A DNA stretch of 63,804 nt, counting the filler, from Octopus bimaculoides (lineage: Eukaryota): NCBI RefSeq assembly GCF_001194135.2. It is 4 parts of 4 records of this genome, joined end to end, with 100 filler letters (N's around TTAATTAATTAA, not from the genome) between each part and the next. Parts side by side here need not be neighbours in the genome. Positions count along the whole stretch, not along the records: positions 1 to 28,984 come from NC_068987.1; 3 more parts are not named here. One strand, written 5' to 3'. The position numbers and the translations under genes are program-made. The number at the start of each line of letters is the position of its first letter. The stretch's first letter is position 1. Below, in pieces: positions 1 to 13,660 of the stretch. The notes beneath the pieces are model-generated. The model was given only the letters and a program-made list of their open reading frames with translations. It did no database searches and had not been told where the DNA came from.

Positions 1-539
1 TATGTATGTATATATATATATATACATATGCATTAAAGAAAGCAAAAAGTAAACAAAAGTGGTAATGTTCAGTATGTTGGCGACTGGAATTTCTGTAAAT
101 GAGACATAGTTAAACAAAGTTGTGTATCATCTCCCTCTTTCTCTCACATACACATACTTTTCTCTCTCTTATTAATTCTCCCACTGCCACCATCAACACA
201 ACTACTGTTAATAAAACATCCCTAAATTTCTTTGTTTCGGTTCCTCTCCGTCTTTTTTCTCTTTCTCTCTCTCTGTGTCTCTCTCACTCTCTGTATTCGC
301 CACCACCCTCCCTGTCTCTATGCCTACTATTACACTCACCCCAACACGAGGATGTGTAATTATATAGTCAGAGAGTGGGGGTAAACCCTGACACACTGGC
401 ACACAGAAATTAGTTTTCGGACTTATTATATTAGGTATATATATTTAAGTACACACATATGTGTGTGTGTTTGTATATATATATATGTGTGTGTGTAAGA
501 TAGATAGAGAGAGAGAAAGAGAGGGAGAGAGAGTGTGTG

Positions 540-835
540 TGTGGCTGGAGAGGGTTGTTGTGTCATCACAATTCAGTTATTCGTCATACCTCTGGAAAGT
601 GTCAGATACGGTTGTCGGAGATTTTCTATGAATCCCTGTTTTCCAATGTCTGGCCTACTAATCCTCGCGGTTGTAATATTAATTACTATGTGTCGGGTGC
701 TCTGCCTGCAATATCAAAGCCGAGCTGGTGGCCAAGATATGTTTAAAGATCACAGGAATATAGCGAAGAACTTATGCGCCAGGTTCCCCAGCTGTGTTGA
801 GCCTGTGGTGGAAGCTTGAAGGTGGTTGCTTTGAG
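540..835 (+). mobile_element. Tc1/mariner (DD37D/maT-like) transposase C-terminal remnant
   Basis: Frames read HTSGKCQIRLSEIFYESLFSNVWPTNPRGCNINYYVSGAL then ..CARFPSCVEPVVEA*GGCFE. This matches the WPPNSPDxNPxDY..W motif and C-terminus of maT-type transposases; a second copy lies at 58.3-58.8 kb. Confidence 0.75.
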
Positions 836-1897
836 CACGTTGCTATCACTCAGTTGATACTTCTACTCATTAAAAAAATGCTTTCATTTTTGGATGGGAT
901 ATTGTGTTTTCTTTTCCTTTTATGCAAGCAGACAAATATAACCCGAACACACTGTTATTTGTGAAAGACAGTTTGTGAATATAATTCCTAAATATAAACT
1001 TTTTAAAAATAAATATACATTTTACATGAATTCACCGTACGTTTATACTGTGTAACTATAGTCTAAATGGTATATATTAATACTTATCGTGATTCAGTGG
1101 ATCGTTTTGCTTGTATGTTTTTTATTGTAGAGTTTGAAAATCTTATAGTATGATCAAATTTAGAAGTGGAGTAAGATAATTTAGGATACTTTTAATATAA
1201 AACTTATTAGTAGTCGTCGGAAAAGAAGTGCTTTTGAAGGACATTCACAGCTACAGACAACGGAAATAAAATTGTGACAATACAAAGGTGTGGAACATGA
1301 TTATATTCCTTTATTTCTTTGTCTCCCTTCTTGCTAAAAGAAAATTATAAGATTGTGCTTCATTATGGAGGACTAGTTCACGAGTGGAATGTTAAGAAAT
1401 ATGCATGATATATTAAGATTCAATCCTTAATTACAATTCTAAAGTGGACAGAGAATTATGTACGTAATAAAGAAACTCCCTAATTCCCATAATGAATAAA
1501 ACTTTAAAACAAACTATATTATTCAACGATAATATAACCACATCACTGGTCACAACGTGTGTAATCATTGTCAAGAAATGTTTATATTTGAGTTCTAGAA
1601 GTACCAATTTACACACTCAATGTATCAAACTATTACTTTCATAATTGCTCATGTCATTATCTATAGACAAATAAGCACAACTGATAAAATGAGATGAATC
1701 ACTTTATCATCTTCAGTAGATTTTTTTTAAACGTTAACGGCTTTCGTCTTTGTAGGTTATATGTAAAGATTGGCAATTTCATGTCATTATAAGAGACGAT
1801 ACATTGTTATATTCTACCCATTCATAATCACACATACATAGTTTTCACGGCATCCAGTTATAATAAAGTAGATACTTTCTCCTATCGACTATCTTTT

Positions 1898-1942
<45 letters not shown>

Positions 1943-3049
1943 NNNNNNNNNNNNNNNNNNNNNNNNNNNNNNNNNNNNNNNNNNNNNNNNNNNNNNNNNN
2001 NNNNNNNNNNNNNNNNNNNNNNNNNNNNNNNNNNNNNNNNNNNNNNNNNNNNNNNNNNNNNNNNNNNNNNNNNNNNNNNNNNNNNNNNNNNNNNNNNNNN
2101 NNNNNNNNNNNNNNNNNNNNNNNNNNNNNNNNNNNNNNNNNNNNNNNNNNNNNNNNNNNNNNNNNNNNNNNNNNNNNNNNNNNNNNNNNNNNNNNNNNNN
2201 NNNNNNNNNNNNNNNNNNNNNNNNNNNNNNNNNNNNNNNNNNNNNNNNNNNNNNNNNNNNNNNNTATATATACGTTATGCCAGATTAATTTTGTTTCCAT
2301 GAAGAGACTATTCTCGACATAAGAAATTTTGATTCACTGTAATGTAAATAAATTTCTTGTTGATGAAATAAGAATTTATATAATTTCGAGAGGTCAGACA
2401 ATTCTGTTTTGGATCTGAATCTCAAAGGACGTACAAACATATATATTATAGTTATATATGCGCTTCGGGATCAAGTTCCAGAAAGAATTATTTTCTTTTC
2501 TTTGGAAGGTTGAAAGATTCTCATATCAACAACGTAAAATTCTCGCTGTAAAGCGTAAAGTTTCTATATGGAGAGAAACATTTCTACTACTTCTGTACCA
2601 TTCTTTTTCCGAATTTCATCAATGAAGATGAGCATTTATCTTCTTTAAAACGCTGAGGTACATAACATCTAGAACATACATTTTTTTCTTTATTTAATAA
2701 AATCATATGTCGTATGCAGCTGTGCATCGTTAACCAGCTAGAGTAGATGTCCTCTTAGGGTTAAAAAATCACAGTAAAGACCGTTCGAACGGAGAGCCAT
2801 GTTGAAGTGGCTACGAACGTTAATTGTTAGTACAACTACTACGTTGATCTCCTAGAGAAATTTTAGAACTAGTAATTTTGCTTGTTGCAGAATCAGTATG
2901 ACTGTATGTCGCTTGAATTTATATATATTGCAAGCAGAATGAGCTACTACCATCTCTCGCAGACTCGTTTTTTTGAATTTCTGATACCCTGATATGTGAG
3001 TTCGCCTTTGTCTTGTTACCTGTTTTATATCATTTTGTTAAATTGTGAA

Positions 3050-6000
3050 TCGGGCCGTGAAGCACTGTTTAAAGAATAGTTTGTGAATTATTTGTGAAAT
3101 ATTATTTTTCACCCGTTGACGAGTTGTGAATTTTCTGTTAATTTGTCATTTTTGGCAAAGTTTTAAAAAACTGTCATGGAATTCAACATTGAATCCAACC
3201 AAGACTTTCCCGAGATGGGAAAAGTAAAAGTCAAAATGCAAGTTCAAAAGATACACAAAAGTAGGAGGCAAAACAGTTTTTCAGATGCAGTGGGCGGCGA
3301 CGTTACCGAACGAGAAATTAAAATGGAACAATTATTTAAGTTTCGAAATTTGGTTAAAAAAATGTGACGGAAGTACGAGAGTGTTGCCGCCCCCTGAAAT
3401 GGTACAGGCGATAAATGCACGTACTGTAGTGTATAAAATATATAACATGAAAGAGAAGAGGAACATGGAGGCAGAAAAGGAGATAGAGAGAATGTAGGTG
3501 AAACAAAAAACACAGAAAAAGGAAAGACCCAGTTTTTGTGCTGCTGTAGGCGGCACTGTAACGGATATGGAAGTAAAAACCGAGAAACTATTTAAGTTTC
3601 GTAACTTAATCGAGAAAGGTGGTAGCGACACAAAACCACTGCCTCCTCCAGAGACAGTACAAGCGATAAATGCGCGAACGGTTGTGTATAAAATGTACAT
3701 CATTAAAGAAAAAAGAATTATGGACTCCAAGAATGACGTCGTTGAATGATGTTTGGCCCCTATATAGAACCGAGTAACCTACGTTAGCCGTGGAACGAGA
3801 AGTGCAACGGTGGAAGCGGGGTTCTAAACGGCTAACGTAGCGAAGGAGGTCTCCACGAAGACCTTAAGCAACTACGAGATAATTCTGCTACCCACATACT
3901 TGGTTCGCAGAACAGCAAAAATTACGGTAGAGAAGATCCCGTCTGGTTATGAAGTTATGTAGGTAGTAGCAGCGGTCAAATACGACGTGGAGGAGGCGCT
4001 GTCGATATTTCAAATGAGAAAAAAAGAAGCCGTCAACTGGAAAGGCCAGACGCTCAAAATGTTCGCTCAAGCCTCAAAGGAAACGCTAGAAAATTTACCC
4101 AATATGGTGTTTGTAGGAGATTAGCTGTTGAGGGATGTAAGCCTCATTGCTTCAAATGTGGAGAAAAAGGGCACGTCCGCTCAAAGTGCACGAAAAAGAA
4201 AGACAACGAGGCCACTCCACAAAAAGCTACGAAGGTGGTAAATGAAAAGAAAGGAAAAGCCGCAAATTACAACAGAAACGACAGAGGGAACAATGGCGGA
4301 AGGAAAACAGATAAGAGCGATGAAATGGAGTATACCACAGTAACACACAAAAGAAAAGTCCCAGACTCCCCTCCCCAAAGAAAAAAATCAGTTAAACACA
4401 CAACAGACACAAAGCAAAACCCCCCAAACCAACCGCACAGTGAAACCTTTTACCAAACCCCTCCCCAAAACACAAGAAAGAATTGTTTCCTATGTGAATT
4501 GTTGTCTAGAATCATAAGAGCACAACACAAGGCTCGAATTTTCAAAATAACGAAAGATACGCCCCCGAATATTAAATTCGCAAAAAATGGACGCAGGTCT
4601 ATTTTTGGAGTTGAAGGAAAGGCATCCGAGGATATCCCCAAACTCAAGCTATACGTTACTACATTTTTTTCCATTTTACACTATGGCGAGAAAGGTTAGG
4701 GCGTATAAATATACGTGAGTTGGGATCGAAATGAAAGCAAGCTTGTCTCCTGAACTACCTCAGGTCACGAGATATAGATGTATGCCATGCAACTGAGTCC
4801 AAGATGAGTGGACTACAAATGTTCTCGCCTTTTCTCAATGGCTATGAGAAATCTATATCTCATAGCCGACGACGAGGAGGGGCGTGGTGGTCCTACACAG
4901 GAAGACCTTGGACTTACAGGTTAGTACAGTCTTTCTGGACCCAGAAGGTAGGCTGGTCATCCTAGATGTAACCCACGAGAATAAATAGTCCATCAGGTTG
5001 GTAGCTGTCTATGGTCCTAAGGTGTGTAGGCAGTCTGGTTTTTTGTCAGATAAATGGCTACCTGTGGGAGCCGTTTTCGATCAAGCGTTCAGTTCGTCAA
5101 GGGTGTCCGCTGTCTTTGGTTCTGTATGCGTTGGCTCTTGGGCTAATACTGCGGAAGTTGGAGAATTTGAGACGCACCCCCAATGAAATCGGATATGGTA
5201 AGTCGGTCTCTGCTTATGCGGATAACGTCACCATCATCGTATCCAATGCGGCTCAGCTACCTTGTGTATAGGACGCTATCGAAGGATACGAGGCGACGGC
5301 AGGAGCAAAAGTTAACAAGGACAAGTCAATCGGCTTGCGCCTCAACCCCTGGATGGTGGTCCTGTTAAGTTGCTTGAAGTTTGGTTTGGACGGAACTCCC
5401 AGATGGAGAAGAATTGGAGCGAGGTGGCAGACAGAGTGCAGGCACTAGTCCGGACTTCGTCCGGACGGGCGCTGTCTCTGAAAAGAAGGGCAGAGTTAGT
5501 AAAGGTGTTTATTGCATCTGTAATCAGCTACCGCCTAAACGTTGTCCCTTGCTTATTGTGGAAAAGAGGAAAGCCACTTATGAGGCGCTCTGCCTGCTGC
5601 CAGGAACCGTTAAAGGGTGGTTAGGGATGGCCTGGTTGATGATGCGCAGACATGCGTTGAGGCTGAGACATCTCTGGCGCTACCTGGAGAGTGACAAGGT
5701 GTGGAATCCGCTGGCGGTGGAATTCTTTCTTCGAGCAGCCTCTTTAGAGAAATTCAAACCCGGTTTTATTAAAAGACGTAATCTGACAATGGCAAAAGGA
5801 GTGTCGACACGCACTGGTGCTAATCCAAAAGACAGGCAAGGCCAGCAGTGGAAAGACTAGCTGGGTTTTGTATAACGGGCTGGTAGACTTAAAAAGTGAT
5901 GACGTTCTAGGAGGGGCTCTGGAGTTCATCGAGAACAAACTTGCCAACCTCTTCCAAAAAAACTTTAAGGTTGTGGTATTTGGATAATTACCAAAAATCC

Positions 6001-6300
6001 CTGACCTGGCAGTGCTACAGGATCGCTTTACCTGTTCGCGATAAGTTATACAGTCATGGAATGTCAATGCCAACGGAATGTCCAAGATGTGGGCTGGACG
6101 GTAAAACTGTCCAGCATGCTTTTGTACAGTGCTGGAAGATTTCAGGCCTGATAATTTACGTTGACACGTGTTGTCACACCTAGGCGTAGTACAGCTATCA
6201 GCTGCACCTATAATAAAAAATTCTGCTGCCAACCACATTCTCGAAGGAAGGTGAAGCATATTTTTTACGCAAATATATTCTATTAAGAAGAAATAAATAT
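3050..6300 (+). mobile_element. Decayed, internally deleted Tx1/L1-clade non-LTR retrotransposon (ORF1 + truncated APE + RT C-half + zf-RVT)
   Basis: ORF1 CCHC knuckle CFKCGEKGHVRSKC (4148-4189). APE N-terminus RLGRINIREL..DIDVC..GRLVILDV..RLVAVYGP (~4690-5020). RT motifs SVRQGCPLSLVLY and AYADNVT (5011-5271 ORF). Post-RT LSLKRRAELVKVFIASVISYRL. zf-RVT LPVRDKLYSHGMSMPTECPRCG..TVQHAFVQC (5941-6183). Many stops and frameshifts. Confidence 0.9.
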
Positions 6301-6350
6301 TGATTCGAGTGTTGGTCATTAGATACAATTCATATCATTCCATTAGTGCA

Positions 6351-6392
6351 TTATATTATTCAACTGAGCTACAGCTCAGTTGAATTATATAA
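6351..6392. repeat. Near-perfect 42-nt palindrome/hairpin
   Basis: ttatattattcaactgagct-ac-agctcagttgaattatataa; 20-nt arms with one mismatch. Confidence 0.9.
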
Positions 6393-6555
6393 TTTGAAAT
6401 GAAAAGGAAGGATGGTATTTGTACAGAGAGGTAACATTTATCCCCACGTAAACGTACATGTTCTGCCAGGATAACTTATACTGGGGTAAATACCGTGAGA
6501 GAAACCCTCATATTGGCTTTTGGCGCAAACTTCACTTGTGCTCATATCAATATAT

Positions 6556-6634
<79 letters not shown>

Positions 6635-7379
6635 CGCGTTTGTATATACACAAATATATGCATACACATACGCGCGCGCTCACACAGGCATACACATAAT
6701 TTATTGGAGAAATAATGGAGCTATGCTCACAGAAAAACAATTAAAATCATGTACGATTATAGTAGTTTGTAGTTAGTCTTGTAGAACTTTAATTGATAAA
6801 GTTTGTGCTTGAATCTATTTCATGGTTAATATTCATAAATGCATGACTTCCTAATCGTTACTTTTCAGGTAAAACCTTCTTTAGCAAGCACAATCACCGC
6901 TATCTATAACCCAGACTTGTATTATTGTCAATCTTCATTACATTACGATTCGCGGCAGTTGATTATTAATACCATTAAATGTCGTTGTCTGAATTCTGCT
7001 ATTACTGAAGAATTAATCTCGTTTCATCATATTACATAACGCGACATGTTTCATATACTAAATAGAATCACATACGTTTCCATTTCATACCGTGTATAAC
7101 AAATTATATATAACAGTCTTCCTTTGTTATTACATCTGTTGCCATAATAATGGTATATTTTACGTTATTTTTTGAAGGACAAAGAAGAGTAAGAGAAAAA
7201 GAATCAAACACACATATATACATACATACATATATACATGCACACACACGGCTATATATGTATACACACACTCACAAACGCACACGGACACGCACACATG
7301 CACGAAAGTGCATACACATACCTACATGCAGACTTGATGATAGAGTCATTTTCCTCTGTCTACAGTACANNNNNNNNNN

Positions 7380-7411
<32 letters not shown>

Positions 7412-7599
7412 GCACACACACGGCTATATATGTATACACACACTCACAAACGCACACGGACACGCACACATGCACGAAAGTGCATACACATACCTACATG
7501 CAGACTTGATGATAGAGTCATTTTCCTCTGTCTACAGTACATTGTATCTTATGGCAGTGCATGTGGCTCAGAAGCACAGCTTTTGGTACTTTGGGCACT

Positions 7600-8215
7600 G
7601 ATAGCAATCATCAACAACAACTGTAGGGGTCTTATGACAAGTTATCTTCTCTTCAAGAAAGCTCCGGCGTTCCGTTTCAAGGCACTCTACTGCAGTATTA
7701 CACACGCAGACCTTCACGCTTTTTGATCAACAGCCAGGACCCCCAACCGATTGGGAGTGAGACCGTATACAATCAAAGACCGTTTGAGATGATTTTGAAG
7801 TAATGGACATCCATCAGGCCTACCTTAGTCTCGATCACCCTTCATCCGGATCACACACATTGCCAACCCATCGGTGAAGACGCCGAATGATACAGGTTTC
7901 CATGCTGTAGGTTCCAGCCCTCAGAAGGATTTCGGTATACAATATCTTTCCTATCACGTGAAACCAAGAAGGCTTAGGAGTGATCTGTTTTGGAAAGCTT
8001 CCTGTTGTGTGAACTGTCCCCGATAATAGATCTCGAGTTTCACATTAAGATGGGCCGATAGTGAGATACCGATCCGGGTCTTTTGGTGTTCTAGGGTGTG
8101 TGGAATCAGACCCCTCAGATCTGTGCTGTCCTGGATTCGGTAGTACTATTCAAAGTCCAATCTATGTGTTAAATAGACTTCCCAGGGATAGAGGAGTGTC
8201 CCATTTTTTTTTTGA
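7600..8215 (-). mobile_element. RTE-clade LINE 3' fragment
   Basis: Minus strand reads GTLLYPWE.., TEILLRAGTYSMETCIIRRLHRWVGNV, NHLKRSLIVYGLTPNRLGVLAVDQKA*RSAC, typical of the RTE ORF C-terminus. Confidence 0.75.
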
Positions 8216-8666
8216 CAAAGCCGCGGGAAAAGCAGCACTTTAAGGAGAAAGATGCTGCAGGAAAAATATTGCAGTCAGAATAGTACCAGTCATATTTCAG
8301 TGCGTGTCAGTGGAAACTAATATAGCGACCGACAGAGTGACAAAAGTATTGTAGAAGTTTTGTGACTTAAATACAACGAGATGCAATTGTCTCAATATTA
8401 TTTTATTTCTTGACCCGTTTTGTATTTTATAATGTTCTATGGAGATGGAGGCGAAGCATGCAAAGTTACTCTGCGCACATGCAAAATTAAATGCAAATCG
8501 GAACAATCAGGTTGAATGTGAACCGTCTATCATCTGACACGATGTGGCAATTGTGGTCGACGTCATCACCATCATTCATATATATACACACGTATATGTG
8601 CGTGCGCGCGCGCGTGTATGTATATATATGAAGGCGTGTGAGTATTTGCTTGTCTGTGTGTGTGAG

Positions 8667-8670
8667 AGAG

Positions 8671-8749
<79 letters not shown>
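8667..8749. repeat. (AG)n microsatellite
   Basis: Uninterrupted AG dinucleotide run. Confidence 0.97.
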
Positions 8750-8753
<4 letters not shown>

Positions 8754-8774
8754 GGAGACAGCATTTATTCTCAC

Positions 8775-8855
8775 CTATATAACAATTGAAAATCTTGATT
8801 TTGAATTTGATGAAAATGTCAGATTTTAACTCGGTACCTTTAACCGTCAATGATT
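8775..8855 (-). CDS. Candidate 81-nt internal exon, product unknown
   Basis: Minus strand atatattcag|AATCATTG...TATATAG|gtgaga. Only one frame is open: (E)SLTVKGTELKSDIFIKFKIKIFNCYI. No homology recognised. Confidence 0.2.
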
Positions 8856-9519
8856 CTGAATATATATTCGATTTCCGTATTGATAGAACGAAGCAGATTG
8901 CAACATATAACTTAAATATTTCATTTAAAGAAGTATCTGCTTAATAAATATTTGTTATAAATCTGTTTACAGACATTTCTATTGATTTGTCATTAACAAA
9001 GTTTCAAGAAAATCTTCTTAGTGTTATTCGTAGGAAATATGGAATAATATAATCCTCAGAAAATGAAAGATCAATGGCTACGCTGAAGAACATTTTATGC
9101 TTATTAAAAAGAAAATTCAATAGAAATCTATCCAATACCATTCAGGACTCTAAGGCAACCTTTACATGTTTATTTAAACGGCTAGAAATAGCAGCAAAAC
9201 ATTCCGTCACCATTGCACTCTTTTGTCATAAAACAAGGAAGCACATCATAAATAAACTTAGGCGCTTGAAAATCGGATAGAATGGTCACATGTGGAACGT
9301 CAGTCACCATATGTCTACTCGATCACGGCTGACATGCAAATCGACAGCAATTGCTGGATTAATGCAATTAAGTTATATAACCTGACATAGAGTCGTGCTG
9401 AACATCATTTTAATCTGAAGGCCAGTTTATTCAAGTTTTAAAGGCAATTACACTGATTTATAGAAGAATATTTTAGTGACGTGATATTGTCTCAAAGAGG
9501 GGTTTAAAGCTGAGAAATA

Positions 9520-9722
9520 ATGGCTTCAAAGTGTGGCACAATGCTAGCAATTACATAAGAAAGGCGTTGTCGGTTTCATCGAACCCAGTGCTCGATTAAA
9601 TTTATCGAAACAAGGTTGAAAGTTAGTGTAGACTAACTCGAAATCAAATGAAAGGACAAAGAGAATGCCACTAAGGATTTTGCCCGGCGTGGCTGCGATT
9701 CAGCTAACTCGTCGCCTTGTGT
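9520..9722 (-). mobile_element. SINE family A copy (diverged)
   Basis: Reverse complement aligns by eye with copies at 31290-31503 and 42137-42332 (aaggcgacgagttagctgaatcg.. head, cactgggttcgatg core). Confidence 0.7.
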
Positions 9723-9755
9723 TTTCTAAATATTGAAATTATTTAAAAATTCAAA

Positions 9756-9759
<4 letters not shown>

Positions 9760-9830
<71 letters not shown>
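9760..9830. repeat. (ATT)n microsatellite
   Basis: Perfect trinucleotide run. Confidence 0.97.
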
Positions 9831-9831
<1 letters not shown>

Positions 9832-9979
9832 CGTCCATGCATAAATACATACACATTTATATACATATACACGCATACAAACGTTCATACTCATATAAAT
9901 ACACATGCATATATGATTAAACTGGATGATATACAGATGGGCAATATGTCTCGATTGTGTTATGTATGCCATCTTAGCT

Positions 9980-10900
9980 TTACATGCTATTGTGTAATTT
10001 ATCCGTGTCAGAAAACTTTAATACCAAGTTAGCCGTTGTATGGATTGAAAGCAGATCGTAGAGAAACAATGCTATTTCCTGTAATATAGTTTGTCCGATT
10101 CTAGTTCCACTGAGGCAAGCTTTTGAGAGCCGTTTCCTTATAATTCCATATCTCAGCGGTTTATAATTTATAGTTTCTTTCGCCGCTATATAATAAGTAC
10201 GATTAAACTCTTCAAGGTAATCAAATCGTCTAAATCTCAAATCTAATAACATTAAATACAGGTCTTGAGTGGGAATACATATTGGACACAATAATTAGCA
10301 AATACGTGACATAAAGCTGTGATAGTCAATTTATGAAATACATTGTGTACAAAAGAAATAGGCAATATTCAATAATTGTACATCAAGGAAATATAACGTA
10401 GGCAATAGCTGATATAATTATTTTCCTTTTTCCGAAAGAAAACGGATTCATTCTATTTTACTATTTTTTTATCGATCAGAAGACCATGCGCTCATCTGAG
10501 CTTCCTGATGCAGTATTAACGAACCATAACAGAATTATAGGCTTCCTGTTTTTAGATATTCTGATATCCGTTCCCTTGCCTACTATTTTCCATATAGACA
10601 GAATGCCAAAATGATTTCGTCTCTAAATAATTCTAGTTTTCGAGCAAAGAAATAAAATTAGTTTTTACATATAGTATATACTTCCTTAGAGACCATGAAT
10701 TAAGGAGGCCTGTGTCTACCACCCTTCTTTTAATGTTTGTTTTCAACTAAGGTGTTAAGACTGATTTTTTCACCACTGCGTTTTCCATTTATTGCTAATG
10801 TGTTTAGGAAGTTTGATAATCTTATTTTGCCATTCATACAAATTTGTATATCCGTGACTAAGTAAGAAATCAATATAAAATATTGGAATTGATATGCTTA
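9980..10900 (-). mobile_element. Highly degenerate non-LTR RT remnant (tentative)
   Basis: Collinear faint RT-like motifs on the minus strand: KNRKPIILL..ERM, MLLDLRFRRFD (cf. LDxxKAFD), ILQ(G)NS with a frameshift (cf. GILQGDS). Confidence 0.3.
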
Positions 10901-11107
10901 TAACCAATCTGCTTAAAAGAAGTGTATAAGTAATAACTAAAAAGTGTTTCCTTCATATTTGCTACGATGTAAATGGTTAGAAAAGATATGTTGCAGATTT
11001 TCTAAATAGTTAAGTTACCTAAATTTTACAAGACAGGTACTGACCTAGTAGTATATCTATGTGCGCATACGTGTGTCTGTGTGTGTATGTATGTGTGTGT
11101 GTGTGTG

Positions 11108-11188
<81 letters not shown>

Positions 11189-11446
11189 GTGTGTGCGTGT
11201 GTGTGTAGAGTAATACAGAGTAGTACCTCGGTCGCAGNNNNNNNNNNNNNNNNNNNNNNNNNNNNNNNNNNNNNNNNNNNNNNNNNNNNNNNNNNNNNNN
11301 NNNNNNNNNNNNNNNNNNNNNNNNNNNNNNNNNNNNNNNNNNNNNNNNNNNNNNNGTTAGTGATCAAAAATGTTTGAAAACCGAGGAATTGCTTGCTCTC
11401 TCCCTACACACACACACACACACACACGCGCGCACACACACACACT

Positions 11447-11490
<44 letters not shown>

Positions 11491-13660
11491 CATATATACT
11501 CAATGTGGTGGTCGTATTGGAACACTGATGACTTCTCAAATTAAATAATGCAGCATTCTGTATTATGTCACAGCGTCCGTGCTATGTTGGAAATAAAAAC
11601 TTTCACATATGCATGTATGTATGTATGTATGTATGCTTGTATGTATGTATGTCAATATTTATCTCTCTCTATATTATCTATCTATATATAATATATATTG
11701 TATATATGTATATATGTTTGTGTGTCTATGTACGCGCACACATATATTCACTAGCATATATCCAGAGATATACATATGCAATCATACATACAAATACAAG
11801 AACACAGTTGTATATATNNNNNNNNNNNNNNNNNNNNNNNNNNNNNNNNNNNNNNNNNNNNNNNNNNNNNNNNNNNNNNNNNNNNNNNNNNNNNNNNNNN
11901 NNNNNNNNNNNNNNNNNNNNNNNNNNNNNNNNNNNNNNNNNNNNNNNNNNNNNNNNNNNNNNNNNNNNNNNNNNNNNNNNNNNNTATATATACATCCACT
12001 GTATAAAAAGTGATACTGGTGTCTTCGAGCTTTTTGTCCGCAAAGGATTATTAAAGCAGTATTTACTTGCTATTATTTATAACTTTGTATCATGTTAATC
12101 GATCGCCGATATTCCAGAAATGATTCTTTAACGTTCTCTCGAAAATTTATAAATTCATGTTACGTCAGTAATATGTAAATATATATATGTGTGCGTGTGT
12201 GTGTGTGTGTGTGTGTATGTGTGTGTGTGTGTGCGTGTGTGTGTGTGTACATATGAATGTATGTATCAATGTATGTATATATGTATACTCATTCATACAT
12301 ATATATGTGTTAACCTTTCCGGTTTTTCATTTTTTTCTCGTAGTTTACGTATTTCTCTCTTGTCTATATTTCTTGCACTGCTGGTGACGTCCTGTACCCA
12401 TATATGCATGTATATATATATATATATATATATATATCATATTATACTTTTCATTTATTTAATTGAACGTGTGCATCCATTCTCAAGTAAATTCTTCAAC
12501 CCATTTCGTGCGACTCTCTATATTGTTTTCTTCCTCTAGTCTCTGCTTCTATATCCTCCCTCCTTCACCGTTTTCCATCTGTCTCTTTCTCCCTCCCTTT
12601 TTCTCTTTTTGTGTCTCTGTCTCTCCCTCACTCTATTTCTCGTTGCTCACCCGTGACCATCGTCTATCCTTCTTTTCCTCACGTTACCATCTTTCTTTTC
12701 TTGCAAAGCTTTCCTTGATCCTATTGAAAAAAATACATCGAGTATGTCAGCAAGGTTGCAGTCATATAAAAATCGTTTCAGAGTGACTTAGTATGATCGT
12801 TTCATATTTCGTTTTAAAATTGAAGAAAATATAATGATAAAAAGAACTAACACTGGCTATTGCAATATTCACATGATTTATTGCTTATTGGACCTCAAGA
12901 GATCTAGCATACAAACATGCTCATATTGATGAAATTTTATTGATTATTACAAATATTAGACATGACATCAATCAAACTAGTTATGTAGTATTGCGTAACT
13001 TCATGAGAATTATATTGAAGGAAAGTCATTTTATTGATATAATTCATGTGGACGTTACATGAGAAAATCCAGAGTTCTGCGGATCAGCAGGTCTCAGATG
13101 TATTACTTGTTATTTTGTGTAATTATAATTTTCATAATTTTGAAATATAATGTAAATAGTTTTCCTATAATTACATACATACATACATACACACATACAT
13201 ACATACATACATGTATACATATTCAATGTACTAATGTACACAATAATAATATGCAGGAAATAAAAGTAGAGAGATTATGTTTGATAATAATTATATGTGA
13301 TAAGAACAAGGATTCATTTATTCCGTGTACTGATTAATAAAGATTTCGTGCTTCAAGATTTGAAAATAATCCTAATTGGAAATATATACGATTGTCTAAT
13401 CCAATAAAATTTAATGATTGGTAACCGAAACAAGTTGCGTTGGAGAATGATACATTATTGTTGTTCCTTAAAATCTAACATAAATCATGAAGTTACTTGA
13501 GTAACGCAAAAAATATATTCTGGTACAATACTTATTTATACAGAAGTAAACTTTGCACTCTATGAAATTAGTCGAGAATACATAGCTATATGCATAAATA
13601 TATGTATACATACATACATACATACATACATGCATACATACATACATACATACATATATA

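Noticed and set aside
930-1000. Similarity to the Tx1 5' flank at ~3060-3090 (cactgtt..agtttgtgaat)
   Set aside because: Too short and AT-rich to be significant.
7205-7545. ~165-bp exact tandem duplication
   Set aside because: The two copies flank a 10-N gap, the usual sign of unmerged overlapping contig ends.
10690-10860. SF2 helicase-like motif HGYTNLYEWQNKII on the minus strand
   Set aside because: No intact Walker A follows, a stop intervenes, and neighbouring sequence looks more like decayed RT.
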